DNA from: Octopus sinensis
Taxonomy: Eukaryota
Length of the DNA: 64,000 bases
Reading direction: 5' to 3'
Assembly (NCBI RefSeq): GCF_006345805.1
Contig: NW_021832436.1
Coordinates: 1 to 64,000 of the forward strand
The position numbers were made by a program, and so were the translations under genes. Position 1 is the first letter of the stretch; each line of letters begins with the position of its first letter. Below, in pieces: positions 24,492 through 38,160 of this stretch. A model generated the notes under the pieces. The model worked only from the letters and a program-made list of their open reading frames with translations. It had not been told where the DNA came from and did not search any database.

Positions 24492-25919
24492 TTAAAAGGC
24501 ACTTGCGGTTGCACGCATGATGGAGTGTGCATTGCCGCGAACGACAGCTATTCCAATTTGTTGGAATAACCATGACACTTCTCGAGGCTCCCCACGTCGC
24601 CTAGCAACTTTTCCTCCGACTTCTCTGATGAAAGAAGTCGTAAGAGGGCCGGTTACCCCAGAAGTCTCCACAGCGATAGGTACGAAGCGGTACCGTTGTC
24701 CAAGATTTGCGTATTTGGCAATTTTTCTTTGCTCTGCAGCATCTGCTGCAGAACCTGGAGAAACAGCAGAAGAGATCATATTAGTTTTGGAATGGGTGTC
24801 AACACACGTTGAATCCCAAACCAACGATTTTCCACAGGAGTAGGGAAAAGTGGTCATTCCATCGGGTCTTTTCCCATCTCCACGATCTAAGCCCACTGGC
24901 TCTAGGATCGAGGGGAAGCCCGCCGACTCAAGAGCTCTTAAGATAACATTGTTAATAGCGGAGTGCCGAGGAGCTCGGCCAGCACTTCGTTTGCAAGAGA
25001 GTGGGTGTACACCTTTGACGTCAACCATTTTTCCACATCTACAACGATGTTGTTCGCAGATGTCAAGTCCGAGTCTCAGTGCAGTACCGATACCCATGCA
25101 GTCATCCTCTAATAATGTTCCGAGGCCAGCAATTGGCATAGCATTCAGCCATGACCCACTGTGTGGCACAGCTGCAGAGCGTAAGCAGGCGAGGCGGTGC
25201 TGGTCGAGCCTCATTGCCAGGTTGTCTGCGGTGAATTCGCAGCGTAATTTGTCCCAGCTCTGTTGGAGTGATGTTTGGATCGGGAATTTTAATCCTGATT
25301 CCTTCCACAGCATACATCCATCTTCAAAAGGCCTGTCCAAAGAAGATTCGGGGGATTTATGTAGAATCTCCAAGGATAGCCTTCGGCAGGATGAGTGAGA
25401 GGACAGGAAAGCTTGGAGGGCAAGGTCCAGGGCGGATCTTAGGCCAGCTCCGCCAGAATTAAGAGGTAGTTTACACTGGGTCCACCCATCATTATCGAAA
25501 CGGACATTTAGGATCCACTCGGCACACAATCTTAACGTATCATCGATAGAATGCAATATTTCATCTTGTATAAAGCAGGGCGAGCATCTCAATAAATATA
25601 ACAGTTTGGGCACGTGGATGCAATTTTTGAGGAGGAAAAAGGCCGTGTGGGAGTCAAGTAGAGAGAGGCGTTCAGTAAAACGGGACATTTCGACACTCTT
25701 AGCTCTGAGGTGGTTTTGCACTTCGGACTCTCCGAAAGGACACCCAAGAAAATAAACATCGTTGAGGCGTGTTTGTTTTGTGTCTGGCAAGATTTCTGAA
25801 ATCTTTTCCATTACTGAGATATTTATGAATTGGGACTGAGATATTTATGATCTCAGTTTTTTTGGTGTTGATTATCAGCTCCATTTTTGCCAGGGCAGGA
25901 ACAATGCCAGGGCAGGAAC
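24492..25919 (-). mobile_element. 5'-truncated CRE-clade retrotransposon with an open 439-aa RT-thumb/RLE region
   Basis: FLGCPFG, PKLLYLLRCSP, HSGSWLNAMP, CRCG..HPLSC..RH..IN, GDGKRPDG, WDSTC, AVETSG, IAVVRGN. Confidence 0.9.
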
Positions 25920-25984
25920 GTAATATAAAGAAAAACTTATTAAGTTCACACATACGACACATATGAGACTGTTGTTTTGATTAT

Positions 25985-26210
25985 ATTTTTTCTAGGATGC
26001 GCGTTTCCATCAAGGTCATCTCCATTTTCAGGTGTCTCTTAATGCGTTGAAGATCTTTTAAAATAACAATAAATAGTGTTTTTCGTGGACGGCCCCGATT
26101 TGTCGTCTTTGTAATAATTTCATTGCCTACTTAGCATAAGCATCTGGGTTAAGTCTCAGTATGTGCCCGAAATGCCAACAAACCTCGGTAATGTCCATAG
26201 TGACTTGAGT
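25985..26210 (-). pseudogene. RTE-like LINE 3' fragment
   Basis: WHFGHILRLNPDA and RGRPRKTLFIVILKDL in shifted frames; resembles 50602-50865. Confidence 0.55.
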
Positions 26211-26339
26211 TTTTCCTTTCCTTTCTGATCGTTGGTGTATTCGATTTTCAGTTGGATGGCCTTTCGTTATTTTCCTTATCAGCAATATTTAGATTAAAAG
26301 GTAGTCACTTTAATTTGCAGTACTTTTATTATATTTTAA

Positions 26340-27230
26340 ATTGTATGGGAATCACATATCTGATCCCTAAGAAGGACGTATGTGACTCCCCCAGGGATTT
26401 GAGGCCAATCACATGTATGCCGAATTTATATAAGTTGACGACGAAATGTATAAACATAAAGTTGTCAGAGTATATTGATGCTTTCAGATTAATAAGTGAC
26501 AATCAACTGGGCACAAGAAGAATGTGCCAAGGTGCAAAAGAACAGGCCATAATCAATCAGTGTATTTCAGAGGATTTCCCTTGCCATTGTACGTGGAAAC
26601 TGTTTCTCCATCTACGAGGCGGGGAAGTCCTCTTGTTAACTCTCTTTTCTCTCTGTTTTCGTTTACAGTTATTATTTTCATCAAAAAAAATAAAAAAAAA
26701 AAAAATCAGTGTATTAACCAAGAGAATGCCAATAAATTTGTTCTACATGTATTGATGTGAAGAAAGCATTCGACTCTGTAGATCATGATTTCTTAGACCA
26801 TTTGTTACAAAAGTCTGGACTTCCTTATTGGATTGTCTGCTTTATTCACAGTCTTATTAAGAAATGGAAAATACGATTGACTTTTGAAAATAAGTCATTG
26901 GATGAAGTAAAAATAAAAAGAGGAATTTTGCAAGGAGTCTCTTTGTCGCCACAGATCTTTGTGTTGGTATTGGACCCATTGAGTCGAATGGAAAATACCC
27001 GAAAGTAACAATGGAGAATCGGAGACATGGTCAGCTTGTTTGTGCAACAAATCACCTTCTATTTATGGATGATATTAAATTGATTTCCTATCAAAGTGAT
27101 ACAATGGAAAAAATGCTGAAAGAAGTCGAATCATTCTTTGATGCAGCTGGATTTGAAAGAAATTTTGATAAATCTGCAACAAATGTGAGGTCTTTGTCTG
27201 ATAAAGCCCGTCGGCTTGATGGACTAAACT
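26340..27230 (+). pseudogene. R4/Dong-like RT fragment
   Basis: GITYLIPK, LRPITCMPNLYK, NQLG..QGAKEQ, KAFDSVDH, RGILQGVSLSP, HLLFMDDIKL. Confidence 0.8.
26567..26703 (+). mobile_element. Extreme 3' tip of a CRE element with an A-rich tail and a 12-bp TSD
   Basis: FQRISLAIVRGNCFSI..*; TSD aatcagtgtatt at 26555-66 and 26704-15. Confidence 0.85.
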
Positions 27231-27600
27231 AGGGGTCGGCCAAAGCGAGCTCGCGAGCCTTTGAAGACTCTTTAACTAGTCCATCTCCCGAGGATCGTGA
27301 GTGCGCATTGAGATTTTGGCTCCAAGCTTGCGGAGGAACTTTTCAGTCTTTGGACCGAGAGCACCCGACGTCTCCGCCGTTATCGGCACCACGAAAAACT
27401 CCTCCGAAAAAGCAAAATATTTGGATAGCTTTAAATCTTCAGCCTTCTTAGCAACAGATTTAGCCTCCAGAGCACACAATGTTAAATGTGAAGCAGAAAA
27501 AGTTTCTCAGCAGGTTGCATCCCATACGAAGCCTTTTCCGCCCTCAAAAGGGAACTTGTCAATTAATTTTGAGATCACAAGGTACTTGGATTTCTCAATG
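27229..27600 (-). pseudogene. CRE-clade RLE C-terminal fragment
   Basis: KAEDLKLSKY..VPITAETSGALGPKTEKFLRKLG..DPRE. Confidence 0.75.
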
Positions 27601-27731
27601 CAAAGAATCTTATATGTAATTAAAAAATATTATATAATTTTTAAAGTGATATATAATTATTTAGTTATATTATGAAAAATATATTAAAAATAAATTATAT
27701 TTTAAATATATTTACTGTTTTGTAGAGTTTG

Positions 27732-28345
27732 ATGGATTCCATTCATGTCCTCAGTTCCCGTGTAATAAACCCGGCAGGAAAATTCAACGATCCATTTGAA
27801 ATTGAAATAAAATTTGAATGCTCAAAAAAACTAAATGACGGTAATGCTAAGAAAAGTCATTTATAGACTTGGAATGGAAGTTAATATACGTTGGTTCTCC
27901 TGAATCGGACGACTTTGATCAAATACTCGACATTCTTGTCGTGGGACCAATACCTGCGGGAAAGCACAAGTTTAAATTCATGGCATTTATTGTTGATAAA
28001 TACCTCTTTCTAGACTAACCCCCCTCAATTAGATAAAATTCCTACCGAGTTCATTTTGGGAATGTCTGCCCTGTTAATTTGCTGTTCGTTGCGGCAAGCG
28101 GAGTTTATACGAATTGGTTACTTCATCCACACCGAATATGACGATCCTCACCTCCGGGCATTTCCTCCATATCCTCCCTTGCCAGAAAGAGTTTTATTCG
28201 TCTTAGTAAACAATAGTTAACGAGAGTAGTTTCCTCTGACACTCCGAAAATGACTAGATTTGACCTCGATGACGTCGGGAGTCCTTTCTCGATTATCGAC
28301 GTTTCCGATGGTAAGGCACGTTTTTTTGTCCCTGAGAAGGACTGA
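27732..28345 (+). CDS. ASF1: Histone chaperone ASF1, 3 micro-introns
   Basis: [33 protein letters not shown]; EFIRIGYF; TRF. Introns 27841-27866, 27983 (or 27992)-28013 and 28191-28216. Confidence 0.93.
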
Positions 28346-28749
28346 AACTTGTGATTTTATTGTTTTATTTATTGTGTTTTTTGAGAAGTGCTAGTTTTGT
28401 AAACTTTCTGTCACAGTTTTTGAAATGTTTGTCAACATTTCCTCCTAGTAATTTTAATCCCTGGTCTTTTGATCAATAAATAAATCCCTGAAATTATTAT
28501 CATATTTTTCTTAACCTCAACTAGTTAATGTCCTTGCAAGTCACCTTAATTCTACATTTTAGGCAAAGTAGGCGTTCATGGCAAGATTCGTTGTGGATCA
28601 CTTTTTTGTAATGTCTAGATGCTACCATTTACGTAGCAAAAAAACTTCCGATCTCTTCCTCTTTATGGCTATTGAGCGAGGACAAAGCCGTCGCTCCTAT
28701 TTGTTGCTCCTGCTTTCTGATGACATTAATCTCTGATGGCATTAATCAT

Positions 28750-30450
28750 TTCTTACCATCATGGAATTAACATTAATGGTTTTAATCGCAAAATCACACA
28801 ACTTTCCTCTTTTATTCCCGAATATCGGATTGACATTGGACTTATACTATAGTCAAAGCTAACTCCCCGCATTGACTTTCCCAAAATCAGAGGATACTCA
28901 ACTGTTGGAGCTGATCGACCTGATTGCATTGGTGGCAGAGGCCTCTTCACTTTTGTCAAAAACTCAATTTCGTGATCTGGAGGACCTAGTCATAATGAGC
29001 AATCTTCGTTAATATATACGAAATAAAAGTTCCCTTGATGACCCAAACATCTCTTCCACCTTACCTTGTAATGTAAGGACCTTTCGGAAGGTCTTATATC
29101 TTCTGTAGAATTCCTCTCATCTGATCACAGCACCATTTTGATTGAAATTGAACTAAAGTCACTATGTGATATAAAAAAAAGACATTTATCAATTACAGGC
29201 ATGCATATGGGATGAGTATCAAATACTTACGGAACAATCCTTTTTAATCTTCGATGCCTCTTTGTTTAATTTATTGAAATCTGCTGTAGAATTCTTTAGC
29301 ATTTGCATCAAAGCAGGAGATAAGAAATGTATTTCCCGAGGGTTCATTAAATACTTTTCTTCTGTATTCGCTAGAGAGATCATCTATTTCATTCACAAAA
29401 GACGTGAACTCAAGAGAATATCAGATATGATTTATCTAGAAAATATCTTGCGTTTCTCCGTACAGGCTCAAGCAAATATACAGGTCAAACTCCCCCTCAA
29501 TGACAACCTCTTTCGAGATTTGTGATAATTAGAGATAAAAAATTGTAAAAAATCTAACGCAAGAAGGTGTGACGGTATATCCATTCGCCATTTAAAGAAT
29601 CTCGGAACCAATTGAATGCAAGCACTTGCAAGTATCCACAAACTCTTTCTAAACCTCAGACAAACTCCGATGGTTTTGAAACAAATTCTGCATTGTTCTC
29701 ATTCTAAAACCAAACGGAGATCCCAAAAAATCACTATCATATCGACCAATCTTGCTTCAATCAGTAGTCTCAAAATTATTGAAAGAGTATATTGAAAATT
29801 CTCTATCCTCTTCTTCCATTTGAAAATCACAGCATGGTTTTCGTCCACACTATTTTACTACAACTCACCTAGCAACTTTAACTTAATTTATCGTAGACGG
29901 ATTTAACAATTTTAAACCTCTTCAAAGAGCTATACTCGTGTCGGTCGATCTTACTAATTAAAGCTTTCGAGACTTGTTCTGATTAATAAAAGTGCTATGA
30001 CTGATATTCCAACAACCTTGAAACGTTGCCTAACAACTTTTTATCGAGTCGCTTATGCCAAACAAAGATCAGAGAATACAAGTCCGCTTTCGATACCTAC
30101 CAAATGGAGTCCCGCAAGGCTCAGTGCGATTGCCAGCTCTCTTCAAACTCCATTTATGTGACGCACCAGTCAACAAGAATACATTACTACTTTCATACGC
30201 AGACGACATGATCATTGCACCAAAAGATAGCAACGACCACCAACTACTTACAACATCATTTGGATTTCATTGCTGCGTGATTTATTATCAACTAACTATC
30301 CCTCTCACCATCTAAATCAACCCCAAAACTTTTCACGACCAACAAACGTGAACTCAACCATAAACCATCACCTTTTGTATTTGAAAATTACATAAAACCC
30401 CAAAATTCCAAGTGTCACTTATAATCAATCTCTGAGTTTTTATATTCACA
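28750..30450 (+). pseudogene. Heavily degraded APE-RT LINE
   Basis: INGF..K..L..DI..I.SKL at the APE start; VPQGS and YADD in ORF 30055-30315. Confidence 0.65.
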
Positions 30451-30657
30451 TAAATTCCAATTTTTGGATAAAATCTCGTCTGTTTACCGCCCGACTCATA
30501 ATCTGTGCTCCGCGATAAATCTCATTCCATACGCAGCGCGGCGTCAAAGAGCTGACCTTTTGGTTCTTGAGAAACACCTTTTAGTTGTAGACAGGTGATT
30601 TACTTTCATGAATGTTACATAAATCATTGTTTCGAAATGTTAGTTATTATTAATTTG

Positions 30658-33600
30658 TCAATGAACCATATAATTGGAAAAAATGTCAAACGTGAGTTGC
30701 TCATTGAACTGGTCTCCAATTTGCTGATTAACCATGTCCAGTTCGCTGTCCAATAGTTTTTCCCCTAAAATGTTAGTTTAGATATACCATGAGTCTTGAG
30801 AGTATGAACAAGAGATGGAAAGTCCCCTTGTGGTGAAAGATAGTCGAGTGCATTCTTCAGCATTTCCGGGGTCTCGTCGATGAGGTTTCTATGATTTAAA
30901 TAGACTAATTTTTTAATAATTCTGTTACGTTTTAATAAATCAACAAATTTAATTTTTTCGGTGAGTTCCCGAGATTTGTGGTAATTGGAGAAACGGACTT
31001 CATTCAGCATATTGCTGATCTCTTCTTCGGTCGGATAAAAACCCGCTGCGCGCATAAAACTGGGGATTTCGCTCAGATATATAAAGTCTGGGAGATCTCT
31101 CCTTTCTCTCACATGCATCCCCATGCTTGATTTATTAACCAACGAAACCTCCGAATGATGCAATATAGGAAGTTATCTTCCAAAGTCTGATACGCTTCTC
31201 CAGATTTTCCGTTTGGCAGAAAAGATAAGTAAGCCTCGATTCCTTGCATATTATGTTTGTATCGGGTGTCCAAAACTCTTATAGGTGAGACTGCTAATAT
31301 TACGATGGATCGGAATTCCACATGAAAACCGTACCGTCCTTAGAGCCTCCAGTAAATATGTCATGACCGTTTTGGCTAACAACCACGTCCGCAATCTAAA
31401 AAAACACAAAGCTCTAACTCCGCTGGAATGTGCTATATTGGCCAAGGAACTGTAGGGGTTACCATCTACAGGGAGAATTTGGAGACCTATGTGTGTTTCA
31501 TTGACGAAAATCAGACAACGTCGATCTTCATTTTCCCAAGGAAGGAAAATCATTCTACAAAGTTTTGTTGTAGGTACTTTCGAAGGGGTGAATTGTAGAG
31601 AGGCCCAATAACTGTCTTCCTGCACATGAAAGTCCGCGAGTTATAAAGTTTAAGTTTATACTACAAATAAAACAATTTCTTCAGTGTACTTGGTTGTTTG
31701 CAGTAATGTAAAAATGTTCACCTCCAAGATCTGGGTAAATCGCAAAGCATGTTGGTCTCGCTAGTTGCTCAACGCTGTGTATATTGTCGCCAGTGCATGA
31801 GTCAGACATGTTCTCAGTAAGAAAATATTTCACAAGACGTCTGTCCTGTCCCAATGTGACTAAATTTGCCAAGTCATTTGGAAGGAATTGAATGTCAATG
31901 ATTTGTTTGTAGTGAGCTCTGCAGCGAGCAATCAAATCAAATTTTGGGTCTCCTGCGACTGTATTTATCTTGAACGTAGTTATTGAGTGAGTTGAGTCCT
32001 GCCAATAACAGAGAGACTTACTGCAGCCACAAGAAAGCGAGAATCTGGAGAGAAGAGTAGTTTACTGATTTCTCCTTGAATTACTTGCGTCAAGTGATAG
32101 GACGTGTCACTTAAAGAGAATGCCGATATTATTTGGATTTTACCACTTCCAAAACCAATAGCTGCAGTTAAGAACGAAGACAACCCATGAGAGTTCCCTC
32201 AGAGTCAAAGCTACAGCATTTCAACTTTGAACTTGCTGGATATTTGCGCGTGGCAATGTCCAGTCTAAATTAGTGAAAAAAACTGACTTTGAATTGTAAT
32301 CGCACAGTTTGAGCAGACCGAGATTACCGCCAAAGGCAACCAAAGGTTTTTTGGGATGAACGGCAATGCAGGCAATCCCTCCCTTCGTTTCCCTTAAAAT
32401 GACCTTGAAACTGGTCAAATAGACAATACTTTACTGTCTCTCCCGTCATTCCAAAAACGAACGTACACTCCCTGTATAGTTCCGACAACAAATGGAAGTG
32501 ATTCCAAATCAGTATTTTCTATGATTGCGTTTGTGATGGTCTCTGATTTGTGAGGAGGTCTTGAGAGTGTTTATACCATTATACATAAATGCAAGTGCTT
32601 CTTTGCAGAATGAAATTGACTGGATTGATCGAAGATGAATGTTCCGATACCAAAAAACAATTCGAAAATTTTGATCGTAAAATTTAATTTGTCCCGACGA
32701 ATCTCCAGTTGCAATAAACGATTTAACTTCTACAAGACAATTTATTGCCGATTCTTGAAGGTTTATCATTTTTTCCGCAAACTTAATATTCGAATCAAGC
32801 GATTCTTCAAAATAACAAAAATAGAAACCTTTACTGCTCACTCGCCACAACACCAAAAGTCCAACTGATGTTGCTGTGACAGCCGATACTGTGTCGGATA
32901 AAAATATAGATTGACTGAAACGGCCCACCTTTGTTCGGAAGTCCTCGTCTGTTAGAAGAGGGGAATTGTAGTGAATCGAGTTATTCTCAAGTGTATAAGA
33001 GAATAATACCATTACAGTGTAAAAAACTACTCTGCTCTCTCCGTTTGAGACCAAATAAATTTCGCTCGTCGAACAGAAACAAATGTATGTCTATATTGCA
33101 TTATATATGGTACTTGTTTGGATATATCGTCAGAAAGTTCCACATAAAAATTGGGGGAATCTTGGTTCAATGCCCACTCCCAAATAGCGATTTTCTGATT
33201 TACTAGTCGTGTTTAATTAACCTGTGGAGTCGAAGCACTGATAGCCGATATAAATTTTGAATTTCTACTAAAGGCCACGCTTTGAACTCCTCCACGGAAA
33301 TGTGGGTTTATAAGTCTAACGGGCTCACTTAAATTTATGAGTACATACAGAATACCATGTTATAGTATCCCACACTATGAGGGAAATTCCATCTTCAGAG
33401 CTATCCCCGCTAACCATCCATTTCCGATCATAACTCACAGCCAACGCAGTCACCTCTTCAGTCTAAAAGATAAGATTTTACTCTGTACATGGCCTCGAAG
33501 AATTTGTTGTGTTTGCTTATTGTAGTCATAGAGAAGACAAATGTTTGACGACGAATATGCTACCAGGTTTCGGGATTTGTCGCTCAGATCAAAAATTCCT

Positions 33601-33689
33601 GTAGAATGATTTATTCCGTAGGCCCATTTAACGTCCTTTAAATAACAAATAAAACTGACCAATGCTCCATTTCCTCCAGAAATACTCAT
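30658..33689 (-). CDS. CFAP251: Cilia- and flagella-associated protein 251 (WDR66), multi-exon
   Basis: WD40 segments (GDSSGQIKFYD, IACIAVHP, AIGFGSG). C-terminal LSEIPSFMRAAGFYPTEEEISNMLNEVRF..YLNHR matches CFAP251 as I recall it. Confidence 0.82.
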
Positions 33690-33967
33690 TTGTGCTGTTT
33701 CTATGAGAAATTAAATATATTCGTATTTATAGTACAACAAAATTTAAATAAAACCAAATTAAATAAAAATGATATGAAAATTTTTCAAGTTTTTCTATCC
33801 AAAAAAATCAAATATCAGGACTCTTCGATCAATATTTTTTATTCTTCCAACCTTGGCTAGCTTTATATTAATAATGCAAAATTGTTAAATTTAAACGTTA
33901 ATTAATAAATTGTGATACGTTTGAATGGTTGCTGTGGTGCACTTTGAATTTTTAGACTACGTCTGTG

Positions 33968-34620
33968 ATGGATCCTTCTCTCGAATTTAGCATGGAATCT
34001 ACCCCACCGCGTGGAAAGTAAGATGTATAAACTAAGTTAAAGTCAATTTGTAATACCGTTTTTCCACTTTTTCTTCCGAAGTGCAGCTTTTGTGCTGTAT
34101 ATTATTTTGGATTTTAAATATAATTATACTACTGAATTAGTAATTGTCCTGATTCTACTTGCCATTGATTTTTGGATAGTGAAAAACGTAACAGGTCGGT
34201 TATTGGTCGGTCTACGCTGGTGGAATTTTGTTGCTGAAAGTGGAGAGAGCAAGTGGTATTATGAGTCTTCTAAACAATTTCAAGTTACTACTTTCTGTTG
34301 ACTGTAGGTCAAAAATGTCAGAGATAAAACAGTTTTTTGGACGGGTCTTTTCATCTTTCCGTTTTGCTGGTGTTTTTTTGCGTTCTTCCACATTATTTCT
34401 TTCAGTATTCGTTGGCTGGTTTGTGTTCTCGTTTACCAATTTATAGTTTCTTGACGTGGTTGCACTTATCATGTTTGGCTCTAATTTATACGGGTATTTG
34501 CGTTGTTGGTTGGGCGCCAAAGGCGGGTCGTTGGCAGAAGTGACAAAAGGATACTTTTCTGCCAAGGTTTTCGACTCCGTCCTTAAGAGAATGACCCCAA
34601 CCCAAACTGTCGACATTTAG
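33968..34620 (+). CDS. TVP23: Golgi membrane protein TVP23
   Basis: FFHFFFRSAAF; DFWIVKNVTGRLLVGLRWWNFV..GESKWYYES. Confidence 0.9.
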
Positions 34621-34731
34621 AACATTTTAATAATTTAATCAGTTCTTTGATTAATGTTGCGGCTGTCTAGTTTTCAATTTAATATAATTTCACAAATGGA
34701 ATTCAAATTAATAATTGAAAGTAAGAATAGT

Positions 34732-37092
34732 TTAGTTAGAGTAGTATACTTGGTTGAATGAATCCAAATAAAGTTTAATCACCTGATGGCGTTTAATTTT
34801 CATTGTGGGTGTCAACAGTTCGTTAGCAGTTGTGAATTCGTTGTAGTCCAATACGAGACCCCTTATTTGTTCAAAACCAAACAAATCTGCTTCTTTACCC
34901 AATGCATTTAATTCTTGGATAAATTTCTTTATTAGTTCCTTCGAATTAACCACAAGTCAGAAACTTGATTGTTTAATAAATCTGGACTCTCAGAATCAAT
35001 AGACATATTTTTGGCAAATTCCATTAGGTTTTCTTCGATGACAATGACAAGAGCGATAGGATAATCCCTCCGACTGTCTCCATAAACCACGATTTGGTGG
35101 ACCAGCGGATGTCTTGCGTAAATTGTTTCTATTTTGTCGGGAATTATATACTCCCCCTTCAGTGTTAGAGTATATCTACCTGACTGAGCTTGAATATGTT
35201 TTTGCTCCTATCGATGATAGAATAGGTCCCATTCTGTTCTGTGATCATGATAAGTTACCTTGTTCAATCTTGCAATATCTCCAGACTTAAAAAACCCGTC
35301 GTCATCAAAAGCTTCCCGGTCGATGTCAGGACGCTTGTAATATCCCGGGGTTACATTTGGTCCTCTAATGCAAAGCTAATCGAATAATCAACGAATAGTC
35401 ACCTCACCGACTCCATCAGCGCTAAAATACTCACAATCGGGAGAGTCCACTAATTTGATTTCGATTCCCAACATTGGTACGCCACACTCCCCTTCATTTA
35501 AAGGTGGATTTAATACCAAGGCCCCGATTGCCGACCTTCTGGAGTATTGTAGGTGCGGTCGTCTCCGTGAGTCCATATCCTTGTATCAGCTGCATTTTAG
35601 TGGCCACAAATAACGACTTGAACACCCAAAACAATGCGGGAAAATATTTCCAAATCTCTCGACATTGGCGCACCACCGACGACGATGTAGTTTAGGTTTC
35701 CGCCAAATTTTGAATGAATTGAATGAAAGATAATATTATAAAAAAGCGAATACGGCAAGTCGTTAGTCCTGAAAAATTAATTTTAACCTCCACCTCAATA
35801 AATGTTCTCGGCGGCGAGCAAATGCCCAATTAAATATGTATCGCACTAAGAAGTTAGAATTGGAAATTGTTTCCAGAATCCTTTGCCTAAATCTATCCAG
35901 GACACGTGGGACAGCGATAATCAAATTCGGTCGGAGAGTTTGTAAATCAGACAATAAAAGTTTTATATTCCCCTGGGAAATGCCAATGCGAACACCAAGG
36001 GTCGTCATGACTAACTAAGAGACAATACGCATCAGCCAATAACACCAAACCAGCACCAAGCTTTCAAAGGAGTGTTGATAGGGTAAATAAGAGTAATACA
36101 GCAATTCTTTGAGCCGGATTGGATTTTTCTCATAACCCTAATAATGTCATAAATTCCGGATAAACGAGAGCTCTGATTACAGTCAGTACATTGAAAACAA
36201 GTTGTCGATGACAAAGTTTAACCCCTTTCGGAATTCCTAAAAAAATTTTAGGACATAAAAACCAATGGATCCACTGGTGTAAAGAATGTAGGCCAAATCA
36301 TCTAGATCAGGATCAGCTGTCGTGTCATATTTGGCATCCTCACCCAGTTCCTGCGTTGAAAAACATCACTCAAACCATCAATTCATCAACTGTAAGAATC
36401 TTGACGGATCCTGCCCTTGCTTGAACATACTCGGAAACGGAGGCAGTAGTAATAATGATTAAACAACTAGAATTAGGAATGTCCAAGATATTCTTTATTC
36501 TTTCCTCAGTATCGCAAAATGTCACAACAGGTGAAACTAATTTAAACAGAAATAAATTCACCCTCGTATATGATATGTTTGATAGAAGACTGACCGAGTG
36601 AATCGTACAGAGGAACGATAACATTCCGTCTCTTTAGTGCAGCAAATGTTATTATAAAGGTCTAAATTTCAGTAAACTCGTAACTTCTTTGCTCATTCTT
36701 CCGTACGTCGCAATAAACAAATCATTACCAGAATTGATTCCAAGTTGACTCAGACCAGACGCACATTTGCCTGCAGATTCGTCAAACTAATTGATTCATT
36801 CAATAAAGATGACACTTTTCCATATGAGAGCCAAGTGTATCCTTCATTTTCGGAAGGTCGATGGCCGAGATAGTCTCCATCATTCCCTGCCCTCAAACGG
36901 CCAATCTTAAATAATTCCAAAATGCTTTTTATTTTCAAATTATGAGGATTCGTCAAGTCCATATACTGGAGAAAATCTGATCCCATGCATGATTCATTCA
37001 TGAAAGAATCGCAGCATACTCTCGCACCGTATTCCTTAAATGATTAAAGTCGGAAAAACTACGTTTTCTTTTGTGAGTATACTATCTTCCAT
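34732..37092 (-). CDS. Long-chain fatty acyl-CoA synthetase (ACSL family), multi-exon
   Basis: YTWLSYGK, LRPNLIIAVPRVLDR, QGYGLTET, CGVPMLGIEIKLVD, FFKSGDI, LLTPTMKIKR. Confidence 0.9.
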
Positions 37093-37475
37093 TTTGACAC
37101 AATCGGCCACAAAAAAACCACGCAACTTTTATTAGTATTATAGAAATACTGTTATTTTGTATTCTATTCCTTCAATAATCAATCTTATAAATAATTCTTT
37201 TTTTCAAACCTGCAACAATTTGATTAAAAATAATATGAAAGGTTTTTAAATGTTACCAAAGAAGATCTTTGTCTTAAAATTTCAAGTTTGTCTTAAAATT
37301 TTTTTTATTAAGAAAAGAATTAAAATCTTAGATTCTATAATTAGAATGAATTTATCTGATTTTGGCTAAGCTTTTTCACGTTACCTGGGGAGTCCCAAAT
37401 GAATCACTCCACTTTGGATTTAATAACGTGAAAAAATATTGACTTAAAAAATTCGCAACTCAAAGTAATTAAGTC

Positions 37476-37952
37476 GTGAAGGCCGGTCTCGAATCGGCGG
37501 GCCATTTGTGCCTCCTCGAACCGATCGGACTCGATCGGGGAGACGGCAAAAGGCCTGACGAGATGACAATATTCCCGTACTCGTCCGGGAAAGCCCTCGT
37601 ATGGGATGTTATAGTTGTGGATACCTTTTCGAAGTCGAGGATCCATTTTTCCGCCGCGAACCCTTGTTCGGCTGCAAACCACACCGAAAAGATGAAAATA
37701 CAAAAATATTCTTCGCTCGCGGACCGCTACCGCGCTACGCCAATCGCCCTGGAGACCGCTGGAGCCACGGGAAAGGAGACTGACTCGTTTTCAACGAGGT
37801 CGGGGAGTCCATTGGGAGGAGGCTCAAGGACTCGAGAGAGGACCTCTGGTTCCGCCAGCGCATCGGTCTGGCCATTGTTCGCGGGAACGCACCTGCGTCC
37901 TTGTCGCTGGCACTTTACGCTTTTTTTCTATTTTTTTGTTTTTAAAAAAAAG
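37476..37952 (+). pseudogene. CRE-clade RLE 3' fragment
   Basis: ESAGHLCLLEPIGLDRGDGKRPD..WDV..IALETAG; frameshift before IGLAIVRGN; T-rich then A-rich 3' end. Confidence 0.85.
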
Positions 37953-38160
37953 TAATTAATTTGTTTTTAGTTTCAGTTTTCGTAATTTGATGTATTTTGT
38001 TACATCAACTTTTTTTTTCTTATGGCCTACGTTCACTCCACGGATAGGCAGATACATGTCGACTTAGGTTCCTGCAACATCAGTATCTGGATATATGCCT
38101 TTATCCTGAGATGGAGGCCGTTGAGCAATGATCCGCAAAATTCATGCTCCTCTTAGGGAG

